Positions 24,601 to 37,950 of a stretch of DNA of 64,000 nt are shown piece after piece. The notes beneath the pieces are model-generated. The model was not told the DNA's origin and searched no databases. It worked only from the letters and a program-made list of their open reading frames with translations. A program made the position numbers and the translations under genes. The stretch is from the NCBI GenBank assembly GCA_004022145.1, contig RCNU01000003.1; one strand, written 5' to 3'. Origin of the DNA: Paecilomyces variotii (lineage: Eukaryota). The stretch's first letter is position 1. The number at the start of each line of letters is the position of its first letter.

Positions 24601-27600
24601 CTTCCAATATACCGCGGCTAGTTCACCACTACATAACAGGGTCAGCAGGCAAACTTGCGACCCGCAGCATATAGTTATAATATACTACATCTTTGCACCT
24701 CTCCCACAATTCCATGTACATGATATTATCAAGTCGACAGTATACATCTAATCCATGACTTCTCTTCTTGTCTACCGATGACCAGGCCAACAGGCTCGGA
24801 TGTGTCTTGGCTCTTAAGTCTTCCTGTCCTGGAGGGCTGGTGCCAATGATTTCGTCATCTATTTTTTCCTGTCAACTAGGGCTTTCTAGGACTCAGCATA
24901 TATGGTGCCATGTATGGTCCAGGGTCCGGGGCAGTACAGTATTTATACTGTCAGTGGTCATCCTGTTGCCACCTCTATCCGGACCCAGGGAATGCCATTT
25001 CAGAGTCGTTACAGGAGCTCTATCGTGTCTGACAACTCAGGGCTGTGACCATATACGACCTCTTATGGTGATGATGTGTATAGTCTGTGACAGACCTCCT
25101 GATTTATTCAGACTGGCCGAGTCCCTGTCACCAGAGCCCTTTCTTTGGTCCTCTCAACTGGACATGGTGTCATGATAATGAGAAAGAATAGGCTATGACG
25201 TTGTCAAACTAATCTATGACCTGAGTGTCACTTTTCTAGGACTGCCCTCTACAACTACTCGTCGCTGGATCCGTCATGTTCCCATATGATTAGCAGACAC
25301 TATACATACACGCCCGATTCCACAATTATACAAATTGAAACGAATTTGTCACTACCTGCCACTGAACCATCCTCCCCAGGCTCCGCGAAGGAAGAAGCCA
25401 ACGAATCTTCAGCAACACAAGATAGACCGAAATCGCCATATAGTACCCAGATAAACCGCCTGAGAGATGGAGAAAACAAAAAGGACATGAGGGATGACGT
25501 TAGGAGGCAACTAGGAATATGCAGGAGCACTACTTTTGCACAGCTCGACTCGCAATGCACCTGTAAGAGTCAGCACGCCATATATACTTCAAGGGGCACA
25601 GGAATCAGGGTCGATATGGCTGACCTACGGACAAACTGTCCTTGATGTTACCGGTCAACCACCTACGGAATCCAGTAATGGGTCGATATAAGACAGCGTA
25701 ACTACCGCAGGTAGACTATACATGGTCTCTATCTCCGTAATATCAGTAATACTACGAACATCGTAATCTACTACTGCTGTGATCTGGTCGTCACACACTG
25801 CGCATCAACACAGCAATGCCGTCTCATTAAGTCAAGAGAGTCAAGCCAGGTCCATCACAAACCAGAATGGCACAATACAAGGCTCTCGTTTACCTTTTCC
25901 TTCTGTGCTGACCCGCTTCACTTAACAATCCCTCCCCAGAGACACCCAATTGCCGACCTTGCGATAAGCAACCCCTCTCCCCTCCCCTGCCCTGCCCTGC
26001 CCTGCCCTATCCTGGCTTACACCGGCCCCTCAAAAATGGACCTTCCATCCCATTCCAAGAATGGCTGAGAAATCGTCACCCTGCCCTCTGTCTCCATTCC
26101 TCTCCCATCCTCGCCACAGCCAAACACTCCATTAGTACAGTACGTAGCCTGTCAATGGCAAGTAAGAAGATCCATCCAACATGACAAGACAAGAAAGCGG
26201 CCGGCAAGGTCAGGAACCGTATTAGCCCCAATTATCACGGCATACATACGCCTGATGCATATTCCAAAGACCAGTCATGTGAAATGAAAATATTTTTCTT
26301 CTCCCCCCTGTCTCCTTTTTTCCCCCTTCCCACTTCCTACGGTGGCACTGTATGGGTATACCCACGCCGGCGCAATACACTTAACCTAATCCAATCCTTT
26401 TTTTTTTCCTTCAATTCCCTGCATATGATAGTTACTTGTCCTCGTCCGATTCGATTTTTCTCCTTCACTCTAGCTTAGACCCAGTGGCAACAGTGTCGGA
26501 GATGAAGCCACTTTCTTGTGACTCTTTCCTTTCCGTGTGCATTGCCACTGAGGTGCTCCGTCTTAACTTACTTTCTCGCCGTTGATGTTACTATTGTACG
26601 GGGTAACGCAGCTGTTTTTCTTAGCTGTATGATACACATGGAAATTTACGAGTAATGTATCGGTTATAAGGAAGCACAGGAGGATTAGAGTGGCAATGTA
26701 TGCATAGCCTAGACGTGATGTAGAGGACGTATGAGTCGTTAATAACATGTTATTCCTGCCGAGGAATACTGTGTGTCAGATACGAATCATAGAGCCTTTG
26801 TCAATAATATCAGATGACGGGTCGATTCAGAGTTATTGGCAAGGATATAGAATACCTTTTCGACTATTATCATAATGACAGGTATAAAATTCGGATAACT
26901 TGATTCTATTAAAGAAAGAGAAAAGTATATTCTTATACTTTTCTGGTATAAGGAATTCCTTTTCCAGCTCAGATTCCGAAAATACTGTAAAACTCCATAT
27001 ACAATGGGAAGTCGACCCCTGAAACTGAAAATGAGGAGTTATAGCTCTAGATATAGTAAGTAAACAACGTAGACTCGTGCAGTATATTCATCTATCCATA
27101 CCAGAGGTATATCCACAATAAACAGGGTAAATCCATATTCATTTTTCTATACAGTTATCCATCATTTAACACAAAGCTATGCCTCAGAATCGTTCTATAT
27201 ATCTCAGAATCTAAAAAGACATATGGACATATACAAACTCAGAAATTGATATCTATGTTGAGAGGGTATGCGACTTTTAGAACCTAGACTCGTCCCTGAT
27301 ATTCCTTCTATACCCTTATGTTAACAAGCACAGCTTTTATAACGAAGCTAGTCCTGGTAGACGAGCAGCAATCCAGGGATATACATATATTTACTGCCGT
27401 ATCCGAGAATGAACTTCTAATGTCACGAAAATCTACACGACGGACTCTCGCAGTTTGGTCTAGATATTCAGAAATATCACTTTTTGATCATCTTTGATAT
27501 TTCCGTATAAACATGTTATGTTTGTAAGGAGGAGGTTTTCATGCCGATACTTCGTTTCCTTCCAGGCTTATCTAGAGGATATTGATAGTGTGGTACTATG

Positions 27601-27823
27601 TAGTGATTAGTATCATAAGAATGCAACATGAACACAGAACCGAATGCTAAATAGTTGTCTCCGCAAAGTCAGTTGCTAGAGACTAGCAAAAAAAAATCCA
27701 TCGACATCTCTAGCAGTATGATTGGCCCGAAACAATATAAATGACCAGCTAAGGATCATTAACACGTTCTGGACTTGTAGCTATTGGCGTTCTCCAGTGA
27801 GACTTGGGCGATAACGCAGTATA

Positions 27824-29000
27824 TCACCCCGACAAATCCTCAAGAGCATGAGCTTCCGTCCAGCGTCTGTATCTGGGAGTATTACAATTAGAATCAAGCC
27901 ACGCAAAAGAGTGCATGAGTTCCTTCATAGTCCTTCATAGATATACAATGAAACATGAACCCTTCTTGAGCTGCGTTACATACCACACCCGGTGAGAGGG
28001 ATGCACGTCCTCTGTCGCGATTCCACCGATCATGATGCACCACATAAGTATATCAAAGACGCCTCTGTCACCGGATAGGCAGTCTGCTTTGGAAATAGCA
28101 CCTTGCAGGAGTGATACGAAGCTCTCACGAGTAGAAAGGGACTGCGGAATAGGGAATGTTACATGCGTACTGAAAATGCAAATTGCCAGCCAGCATGCGT
28201 TATAGATATTAATTGCTGGAACTGGAGGCGTACCATCGAATATATGATTGAGTGGGTCAGATGGTCTTGGTAGGAAGAGCACACGGTATTGAACTGTGTT
28301 TTAGGCGTCACTTAGCAAATCCATTGTATCTGCCTGGTTGCCGCTGGGAATGCTTAGTTGAGCACATAGTGCCAACTCCCCCATATGTATGAAGGCTTTG
28401 ATAATGTGGTCTCGACTTGCAGAGCCTTAAGCTGGTGAAAGCCACGATTGAAGATCTGTAGAATGGTTTGGTCGAGATTCTGAGTATTTATAGAGGCGAG
28501 ATATCCCCGTGCTGCTTTCTAGAAGGGTTGGAGATAGGGTACATGGGTATCGTAGATGTCACCACGGCGTACTTCAAGGATGTACTTTGACTCTCAGCTG
28601 CTTGTAAACACATACTAAGGACACAATCTACTGCCTGGGATAAGAACCGGGTGCACCATAGTATTGTATGGTTTCGAAGTCGCCGTTCTGTCTCATCAAC
28701 TGGATTAGGGCCTCTAGGTGGCACGAATTGAACTTCCGGCAGCCATTAAAGTCGACAGCCTGTAATTCCTGGAAGGGGGTTTAAATGGATTGTTATCCTT
28801 CTATACGGACGTCACAACATCATTATAGATCGCGAGAAAGCAGACGCATAGGACTATCTCGTCCATTCCAGTGTTTCCAAATTTCAGTGGCTTAGAGCAT
28901 CTTTAAAGCCTTGAGTGCTCCATATTGTGGTACAATTATTGCAGTAACTGCCCAGGGTGAGGTAGACAGATAGCCAGGCAGGAAGAATGAAAAAAGCAAA
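27824..29000 (-). pseudogene. Decayed gene resembling the C-terminal domain of fungal Zn-cluster-associated transcription factors
   Basis: Frame ...IYNACWLAICIF...ILMWCIMIGGIA...RVWYVTQLK continues through an internal TGA (27935-37) into MKELMHSFAWLDSNC...W, a typical 'W..K..L..F.W.D..C' ending. Upstream pieces are broken by stops and frameshifts. The 5' limit is approximate. Confidence 0.5.
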
Positions 29001-29305
29001 GGGCTCCATGCCCCTTTCATGCAGACTTCACAAACCTTTTCTGTGCAATAGAGACACGCCTGAAAGACAAACATCTATTGCTTAATAACCGCAAAGAAGA
29101 TCAGGACCATCCAAGAATGACTTTAAAGATGCAATAATAGAAGAAAACGCTACATATAAAATACACATGCAATGCTCGATCAGTTCATCAACACTACGCA
29201 GACCACGGTGTTCCCTGTATCACTGAAAAGATCTATTCTCCCACATCCTAACCACGACATAGGAAAAAAAAACAATAAACCAAAAATCCAAAAACAAAAA
29301 CAAAA

Positions 29306-29424
29306 ACATACAACAGCCGGGATTCGCTGGTGGTCACCCACCCAACTACTAACCGGCCGGCGTGTGGCTTAAGTACGGCTGAGCGGACGGGAAGCCCTGT
29401 TTTCCACACCCTATGGTCGTATGT
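29306..29424 (-). rRNA. 5S ribosomal RNA (dispersed copy)
   Basis: 119 nt ACATACGACCATAGGGTGTGGAAAACAGGGCTTCCCGTCCGCTCAGCC...GCGAATCCCGGCTGTTGTATGT with paired ends. Followed by an oligo-T Pol III terminator, with a TATA-like element ~25-30 nt upstream. Confidence 0.97.
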
Positions 29425-31753
29425 GCTTATTTTCTAGGAGTATTGCATTATATAATTTGGGATGATGAAATATAATTCGAACGGACTGTACCCGACAGGT
29501 AGATAATTTCTTAATGGCTTTTTGAACAAATGCAAACGACAAACTAGAAACATTCACATCTATAACGGGTAGAGGAATCTTCTTATCATTTACAAAGAAC
29601 TGCCGTATATACTTTATCAGGAGATATATATCTATTAATATTCAAAGACGGGGTTACTTTCTCCTACGCAAAAATAGTGGCTATAAATCCAGGCATGCAG
29701 GTCGGGAGAAGAGAACTATACCGAGAGAGTTTATCTTTCAACTAGTTCGTGGAGAGAAATACATTATTCACCAAAATAATACCCCGTATATAGAATCATT
29801 TTGCTGAATACCTAACTAGGATTAAATCCCGAGTATGTCCATTCTGACCACATTTAACCATAATAACCTTTATGTAAGTGCCAATAGCTAGTTAACTATC
29901 CTGCTATGATTCGTTTCATCGGTTATATGGCCAAAAATGAAGAAGACCAGTTTCTGGGCTTTTTAATAACTTGTTACATCTTTTCTGGCGCGAGCATCAA
30001 GCACAGTGGTTATTAACAACTTCAAACGGCATATCATCCATCCACTATCAGATCCGGCCATGCGGACGATACCTATATTAACTGCTATTAATAGTGTATA
30101 CTCGCACATTTTTTGAAAGGCTGGAAGATTGTTCCAATATTGATATGTATACTTATTCAATCTTCTCCTTTTACTACCTAACTCATAATAGTACACACTA
30201 CTAAAGACTGTGAACAAAGGAGTGTATGATTATTGATATAGCTTACGAGTCTATATATAGTCATATATATAAACTATTACTATCACAAAAAGCAGCGCGG
30301 GACAGTAAGAAAGAATCTGAGACCTCGTCGCATGTATAGTACATACATATTTGCTACATATTATTATTATATACTACCTACCATAGGTAAGTACAACCAG
30401 CGAACCACAACCCCCAGTTATCAATACTCAACTATCTAGGGTCAGAGAATCGAGGTTTCAAGATCCAGCATCTTATTTGCCTTGGACTAAGTAGTAACTA
30501 GAGTGGGGTTTAAGTAGCGAGCAGGGATGTGGCCCCTTTCGATTGAGTCAGTAATGACTCGAGTGACTCGTGTAGGGTTTCTCCGATGTTAGGAGTGCGC
30601 GTCAACTCCGTCGGGGGATGGGGGCGTCAGAAATCCATGGCGTGATTTTCGATAGTCCACAGCCGTCGGCAGTGTTTTAGATGCAAAATGCTGTGTGGTT
30701 CGGTTTCAATCTGCTACCTATATATGCCAGGATGTCGATATCAAAAGACGTCCCGGAAAGAAGACCAAATGTGGACCGCAAACTGTGATCTAAGAATAGG
30801 CCAAATTACATGCCCGCATTGAGAGCTAGATGGACTCTCTCTAGACAAGTAGTTACTGGCCAAAATTAGATATCCATACAAAGACAGTAAAGCGTAGGTA
30901 GCGGGCTTTCATCGTAGCTCTGTAATTCATTTCGAAAAAAAGAAAATATCGAAGCATGCATAGGTTTCCTACCCTTTTATATCTCTATTCCAAAATAAAC
31001 CCAAGAAATACGGATTGACAAAGGAAAATTATGGGTAACAGCTTTGCTCGTGCGATATCCTGGATCCCAGACGAATCCACATCTGCAAGGGTATCCTCCA
31101 CGAACGCTCAGAAAATCAAAGGATATGTTGGAATGCAAAGAAATAAAATAAAACAAGACTCGTAGATGGGTCATGATCCATCTGCCAACACTGAGCGTCT
31201 GCTTCTCAGTCGCCAGGCCATGCGATACTAGCGGAATTAGAATTGAACATCCGAGGTAGCTTCACGACCGAAGTCATGTTGTCGAGGTCAAAGGGTACAA
31301 TCCAGCACTGCCCGCAGTATGCTTCTGCATGTCATCTTGTCCATCCTCGACGGCCCCTGTCTTGTCTCGGGAGCCGTCTCATGCCCCAGAAATTATTTTC
31401 CCCAAACGCCGAATCAGAAACCTGGGTTATTCATCCCGTGATTATTCGATAAACACTGCCGTTGAAAGAAATGGAGATGCGAGTCCAGAAACCAGAGTTG
31501 CAAGAAGTCTAGTAGGCTCCGAAGAAGTCGTCACCCCGGGTATTTGTAAATCAACCGTTTTATTCCGGCAACCAGCCAGAGTTCCAAGTGATCAATGGTT
31601 GAAAAGCGCTCAAAGCGAAGAATCGAATGCATGCCGCCCAATGTCCCTGTTTTGCGCCCGCTAATGACCAGTTGCCCCTAAACACAAAGAAATAATATCT
31701 AAGGATATCAATACGACCAAGAATGGAGACCAGACAGATTGTTTGGCCGACGC

Positions 31754-33089
31754 CTAGGGCGGCGGAGAATGTCGCTGACCGGGATGTCCCATGGCTTGCC
31801 CACTGAAGTCCGTCTGAAGTGGTTCGGCTGGATACATGGTGTAGTTTGCTCCGGCAACCCCAGGCATACTGTGCCAGGTCTGAAATCCCATCACTGCTTG
31901 CTGGTTGGCGTAAGTCACCGGGATTTGTGCTGCCTGCATTTCGGAAAGCGAAGGACTGGGGGTATTGTGCATCGGGCTCCCAGCCATCTGTCCCATCGGC
32001 TGCACGGGGCTCGTCATCCGGCGTTTGAAGTCAGGATGCATCTGCTGAGGAAAGTGATTCGGGTACTGCGACGGCAACTCCGTCGGTGCGGAAAGGGTCA
32101 TGGAGCGCGCAGGCTGCATCGGCCAGACTGAGCCATCAGGCTGTATAGTAAACGCTGGGCTGGAGCTGATGATATGCGGCTGTCCTGGAACTGTTGGCGC
32201 GGGCATCGGGGAGTTACTCGCCAAGGGAGGGGCGACTGCAGCTCCTCCCGGAGCGAAGTAAACGGGGGAAGGACTGGCCATCTGAGGCTTGCCCGCCATA
32301 CTCGCCAGGAGATTCGGGTCCGATATGGTCGTGAGTTCCTCCCAAGGTACGGACGGGTCGAGCGGCTGGGTGGCAGCGAATTCAGGCGCGATAGATGCAT
32401 CTATAACAGTCAGATTGATAATAGTCCTTCTATACTCATCATTGCACGCGCTTCCATGCGCGATAATAAGCTGCGCAGCTCACCTGGGCTAAAGGACGAC
32501 ACGGGGGTTCCAGCAAAAGATGGAGCGTTGAATGCGGCCATATCCTGCCCGGAAGTCAAGGGCATCGGGGGATATGGGTAGAAGTTCTCCCCTTGCTCCG
32601 TAGCAACGGCGCCTGGAAACTGTGGTGAGGGCGACGTCTGAGAGGGTTCGCTGGCAGGAGTTTCCAGCTTCGATCCAGGTCGAGATCTCTTCTCCACGGG
32701 AGGCTGCTGGTCAACCGGGAAGAAGTGGCACTCCTTCCTCAGTCGGATACAATTCTCACATCGTCCTTGCGCGTCGTCAGCTGCGACTAAGCAACGGATC
32801 TTCCTTCGTCGGCAGTGCACTGTAATTATTGAGAAGCATGAGCATTTGAAAATCGATATATAGTAGGTCGCAATGCGGTAGGGTAAACCGGTGGATGAGA
32901 TTAGGTAGTATAGGAGATTACTCGGGGCAAAGACAGGTTTCGCTTGTTAAGAGACTGACCACATGCGACTGAAGTCCGATGATATCCAAGCTTGTTGCGC
33001 TTCTTGTCCGCACTCGACGTATTTGAGCTCTCCATGGCCAAGCTTCCAGAATTCGGAGTCGAAGTCGTACTTTCGACGACCGCGGGCAT
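31754..33089 (-). CDS. Zn(II)2Cys6 binuclear-cluster transcription factor (short, P/Q/M-rich C-terminus)
   Basis: Exons 33089-32960, 32819-32484 and 32400-31754 splice in frame. KRNKLGYHRTSVACVHCRRRKIRCLVAADDAQGRCENCIRLRKEC gives CX2CX6CX10CX2CX6C. Confidence 0.9.
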
Positions 33090-36000
33090 AGCTCCAGAGA
33101 GCGGGATCTTGCAATTGATGCACAAACAATGGGCACATCAATATGCTACCAAGAAGATGATGGCGAGAAGGGGTGGTGAGTATATTTAGATACTCCACTG
33201 ATCCCATGCGACAGGAGACACCGTTGGATGGATGTCGATCGGATAGCCCAATGCCATCACCAAGCCAGGCTGGCTGTCTCCGCAATGTGTCCGCCACGCA
33301 AGTGAACCTTTCAAGGGTTCAGAGGGGTGCCATCCAAATAAAACAAGAGACTTAATAGCACAAGGCAGGTCCCAGAACCGCCCCGCAGGATTCTTCCGAG
33401 GCTAGCGGTCTCCGCCCTTAGTTCTTGGGTTCTATCAAGAGCGATGGGCGATACTACCAACAACGGAGGAACGAGCGCAAGGAATGAAGAAAAAAAGGGA
33501 CCTCTGTGCTAGGTGGCTTGGAGGGAAAAGAACAAGGGCTGAAGAAGTCAAATCAGCGTGACCCAGTCGAGAAAGACATCAAGTGAGAGAAGCTAATCGT
33601 GGGATGAAACGCCTAAGGACCCTTTTTGTGCGCAGAATGAACTACACATGTATTTGATCGCGCCTAACTCGTCTTGGATGCCCCGGTTCCAATCGAGTAT
33701 AGTCTCAGCTCAGGGCGAAACAGAGAGAGACTACTGTACCACAGAATGACAAGCCTCCAACGTGTTGACATAACGATTGAGTTCGGGACTCGAGATCCAA
33801 TCAGGATCTGGGTTTTCCTGCCAGTTTTCGGGACCGCAGCCACCGTCATCTCTTTTTTTTTTTTCTGTTTCTTTTTTTATGGACTCGATTTGTTTAATTT
33901 TCCTTTTGGTTATTTTGAGTCTTGCGCCGTTACGTCGATGGAGCAGGAAAAAAAAGACTGGTCCATGGAATGAAGGCCAGAGCCACCTGCGTATGGAGTA
34001 TGGTCCTTTGACACGGCCTCGTCTGGCTATTGGCAGAAGAAGGCTGTGGTGCCATCTGATCAGATGCTGATTATTTAGTTCGACGGACCGTCAGCGAGTC
34101 TTGAAAGGTGGGGAGCCTTCTCCAAGTGGTGCCTCATAGGGACTAGTACTGCTCACGATACCTGTCAATCCCTACTGCACTCGTAGAATTCTTCCCCCGG
34201 CTGCCTCGATCTGATTTGGTCAAGGGAAAAGCTCAGGTTCGCCCCAGTAACGTGTTTTGTTGGCGCGGAACTACCATCCCCTGCCAGTTGCCAAGAATAG
34301 CGTCTTTTCCCCGAATCCGGGTACTGCGATTGGGAACTCGAGCCGCAGATTTGCTTGACCTTAACCCTGGGTGCGCTAGTTTTGAATGGAGGGTCCCCTG
34401 CACTGTTTCGCGTGAGGCGTCGGTTTCCCCAGCTGGAGAGAAAAAGCATGGAGGTCTGATATGCTTCAACCTGCAGAAAATAGGATACTATAAAAATGGT
34501 ATTTACCGGGGCCCAAACCCTCCCCCCCTGCCCCCTTTTCGAATCAAGGCAGGGGAGTATATTTCCAGACGAATGGGTCGACTGGGTCTCAGACTGTTGT
34601 CCGTCCCAAAAAAAAAGGAAATAATATATCAAAAATAAAAAAAAAATCCTACAGTTGCAAGACAGAACAGACAAAATGTGAGATAGATAGACCTCGATTA
34701 TCCACTTCATGCATTTAGGCCCAAGATGTGATTTTCCTCGTCGCTGTGTATCATATGATAGTCAGGCACGATTACGGCGAAAACCGACGGTGTAATCGCC
34801 AGTCACAGAATGCCGACATGATCGAGATCCCGGTGTCCATGGTAAAGCCCGGAGCTGGGCAGGTCAATTCCCATCACCCAAGGACTCGTATCAGTAATAA
34901 TAATAATGCGTTCGTCGGCATGACTTGCAGGCACGCCGTCATTTTTAGAAGATCTGCTCTATCCAAAGCAAAGAGGTGACCGGTGGGGGGCCGACGAGAA
35001 GGTTTAATTAAGGAGCAAGTCGTCAGTGTAGCGCACTGGTACTTGCGCTTCAGAAATCGATCGCAAGGGCTTGGCGTACGCCCTAGAGAGACTAACATCA
35101 GGATCACCGTTCTCCGACACTTGATCCGACCCTGCGATTGAGGGGATTGGCACTGCGATCTGAGCTTCTGAGGTTAGAACAGATCATGGATTCCAGCATC
35201 GTCCTGGAATCCTTCCGGATGCGGGCTAGTCTGTGGGGAGGGAACGTGTCAGCATCGTGGCTTTGACTTCCCAGGCCATGATCCATGCCAATAGGCGCCG
35301 CCGCCAGTACCAGTAACAGAGCCGTGAGTCTCCTCTGGCTGGTCCATGGCTCTCCCTCCCAGCATCGCACGTCAGGACGCCCCATACGGGCTGCCCCTTT
35401 TTATCCAGAGCAGGTCCCCGCCGAAGATCTTGCCCGTGCGCGGCGGGGGCCATGGACGAGACTGATTGTAAATGTGACCGTTCGCCGCCCAGTGTGCTCG
35501 TCTAAATAAACCCTATGTCCGTTATTAATATTGTATCAATACGCACTCGTCAAGGGATGCTGGAAACCAAAGCGAATTGCGATGGGTCGTTATTCGGTGA
35601 ATTATCTGATTGGACCGCGACCAGGAGAGCGACGGTGACGATCACTGGAAACCAATCTTCACGGTCCGACGGATGGCAGATGAAGAGATGTCAGCCCTGT
35701 TCGAGGGGTCATCACCGACTCGAGGGGCCGTTTTGATGCACAGATCCGGGAACTAAAAGAAGATCCCAGAAAGTGTAGTATAGTATGCTCATGATTGATG
35801 ATTGATGATTTGTTATTGATAAGTACATAGTACATAGATCCATCGATAGTTGACTTTGATGATGAATGAATGGATGGATGGATGGAAACCCAGTTGCACA
35901 CAGTGATGGGTTGGTTTAACTGACCTGGGGAGAGAGACAAGCTCAGCGCGAGGAAGTTTCACTTTCACTCGGACGACGGGCGGCGATCGGAGATTACGTC

Positions 36001-37237
36001 AGCATCATCCACGGGCGCCAAGAATCTCCGATCGCGGGCGGCGTTCTGAGGCTAGTCCAGATCGGGCTAGCTAGCCGAGGCCCTTCAGACCCTAGTCCCG
36101 TGAGCGCAAGAGCCACAGCAGAAGATCGTCGTTTTGCGTTCCTCCGTTCTCGCGATGAATGCCATTAGGCTATTTATTTAGTATTATTATCATTATTATT
36201 TTGATGAATCTCCCAGAGTCCCAGCTCTCGTCGTCACCGCCACTGCTCTGGCGCGCCCTGGGCTTGCAGCAGCCACAGCGTGTGCGCCATTTGCCTTCTT
36301 CGAAGTTGAGCGCCTTCGGGTGTGCAAAACCTTAATGTCCCTCCGTTGACGCCGGCGACATGGATACCAGAAGCTTGTAGCCTATGATTGTTCGGATAGG
36401 GACCCAATCCCAGTAATGTATGTAGTCCAAGTCCCAGTGGAACGATTCCAGAAGGTCATCACTCGTTCCCCAGAACCGCAGAGTCTACTACGTACTTAAT
36501 CAGTTAAGAGTATCCCCTGGGTCCCAGAAGAAGCCCTTTTGATTATTCCTTGGCACCACGCGGTGATCAGGGGGGAAAGAAACGCCGGAAAACAAGAGAC
36601 GCGGTAATATTCCGGCAGATTATCTGCGGAGCAACTAGGGAAAACCAACAGAAAGAGAATAATAATAATAACAATAAGACCTACTCCGGAGATTGTAGTA
36701 GTAATAATAATCATCATAATAATACTTTTAAAATAGACAACGGTCCACAGCCAGTGGGCGAGACCGTGACCCAGGAAGGACATGGCCCTAGGGCCCTGCA
36801 GCGGCACGCACGTGCCATGTTCATTTCAACAAGTTCGTTTTAGTTGCGCTGGGCCTGCAGTTGGCCAGTCAGAATTTAGGCAAAACGCAAAGCCAACCAA
36901 AAGGAAAGCCGAGGGACCCCGGAGCGTGTTGGAAAGGTAAATCATAACAGGTATAGATAGGTAGATAGTGGTATACTGGTATAGTAGATAGTATCATCGA
37001 GATTGTTTGGAGATTGCCCCTTTCGCGCCCATGTCGCCTAACCTAGCATGGGCGGATGAATGTGCTCCCTTTCTCTCTCCCCTGGCCCGCCAAAGGTATT
37101 CATCTCCGACAAGCTTCTGCAAGGCCGCGCGGCAGTGCCCCTGGCGGCCAATAACAAGGCGGTCGCAGGTAACGCCGCCGACGTACTGCGCGCTGGTGGT
37201 GCGGCTGATCCGCCACATTTGCCTCACCGCGTTGGGC

Positions 37238-37239
<2 letters not shown>

Positions 37240-37270
<31 letters not shown>
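37240..37270. repeat. (GA)n microsatellite
   Basis: About 15 GA units read directly. Confidence 0.9.
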
Positions 37271-37273
<3 letters not shown>

Positions 37274-37950
37274 GTAGTAGTACTGTTATTGTTAATTCTT
37301 CTCATCTTGATTTCTTGATACATGGTTTCATTAATCTCCGCGGCGCTTGCTTGGTTCATGCGGTCATATCTGATCTCTGCACAGTGCAGGGCCAAGAAGC
37401 CTCTTGCGCCGTACCTTCCCTTTTCCGGCGCTTCATCCATCGCGATTTCCCTTCTGTCCATAACTGACGCACTCGGAGACATCCTGTCGCATACTTCGCG
37501 TAAGCATGTAGCTATAAGGAGGTGGCGATGCTGGTCTGTTTGCTCATCGGTGTCTCCGGTTCCCCCCTTTCTGTGCAGTGTGAGGAATTCTGTACTCCCG
37601 TAGTCATATCATTTCCGTCAAGGCGTCCCGTGCAGAAGTCCCATCCTCGTTTTCTTTGTAGAATGGCATTGTCGTGGAAAACCAGTAGTTATCTCCCGCC
37701 CAAACACAGATACTCTTTATGGTACTATGCATCACGGCACTTCATGAACTCGATGTTGCTGTCAACAAACAAACAGCTTGCTCAAGGATGTATCTGTAAC
37801 TAACCAGCGGACTTCGCCATGTGGAAGCCTTAGAGAAACTGGTGTCCTGGATAGCCACAGCCCCCTTTGATATGGATAGATGATGATGGTTGCAATGACC
37901 GCCAGTATTCAACAACCCTCTCGTACATTGTGATATCAGATATCATCAAC

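Noticed and set aside
25460-25628. Possible stwintron (intron nested in another intron's donor)
   Set aside because: Removing the 68-nt intron does not rebuild a split donor (the preceding base is C), and no coding context supports it.
29306-29424. Starship or other mobile element inserted at the 5S gene
   Set aside because: The 5S copy is intact, and no tyrosine-recombinase captain, transposase, LTR or TIR is recognisable in the window.
33300-37900. Numerous 60-180 aa ORFs upstream of the C6 gene and elsewhere in intergenic DNA
   Set aside because: Low-complexity or random-looking translations, often with non-ATG starts and no coherent exon structure.
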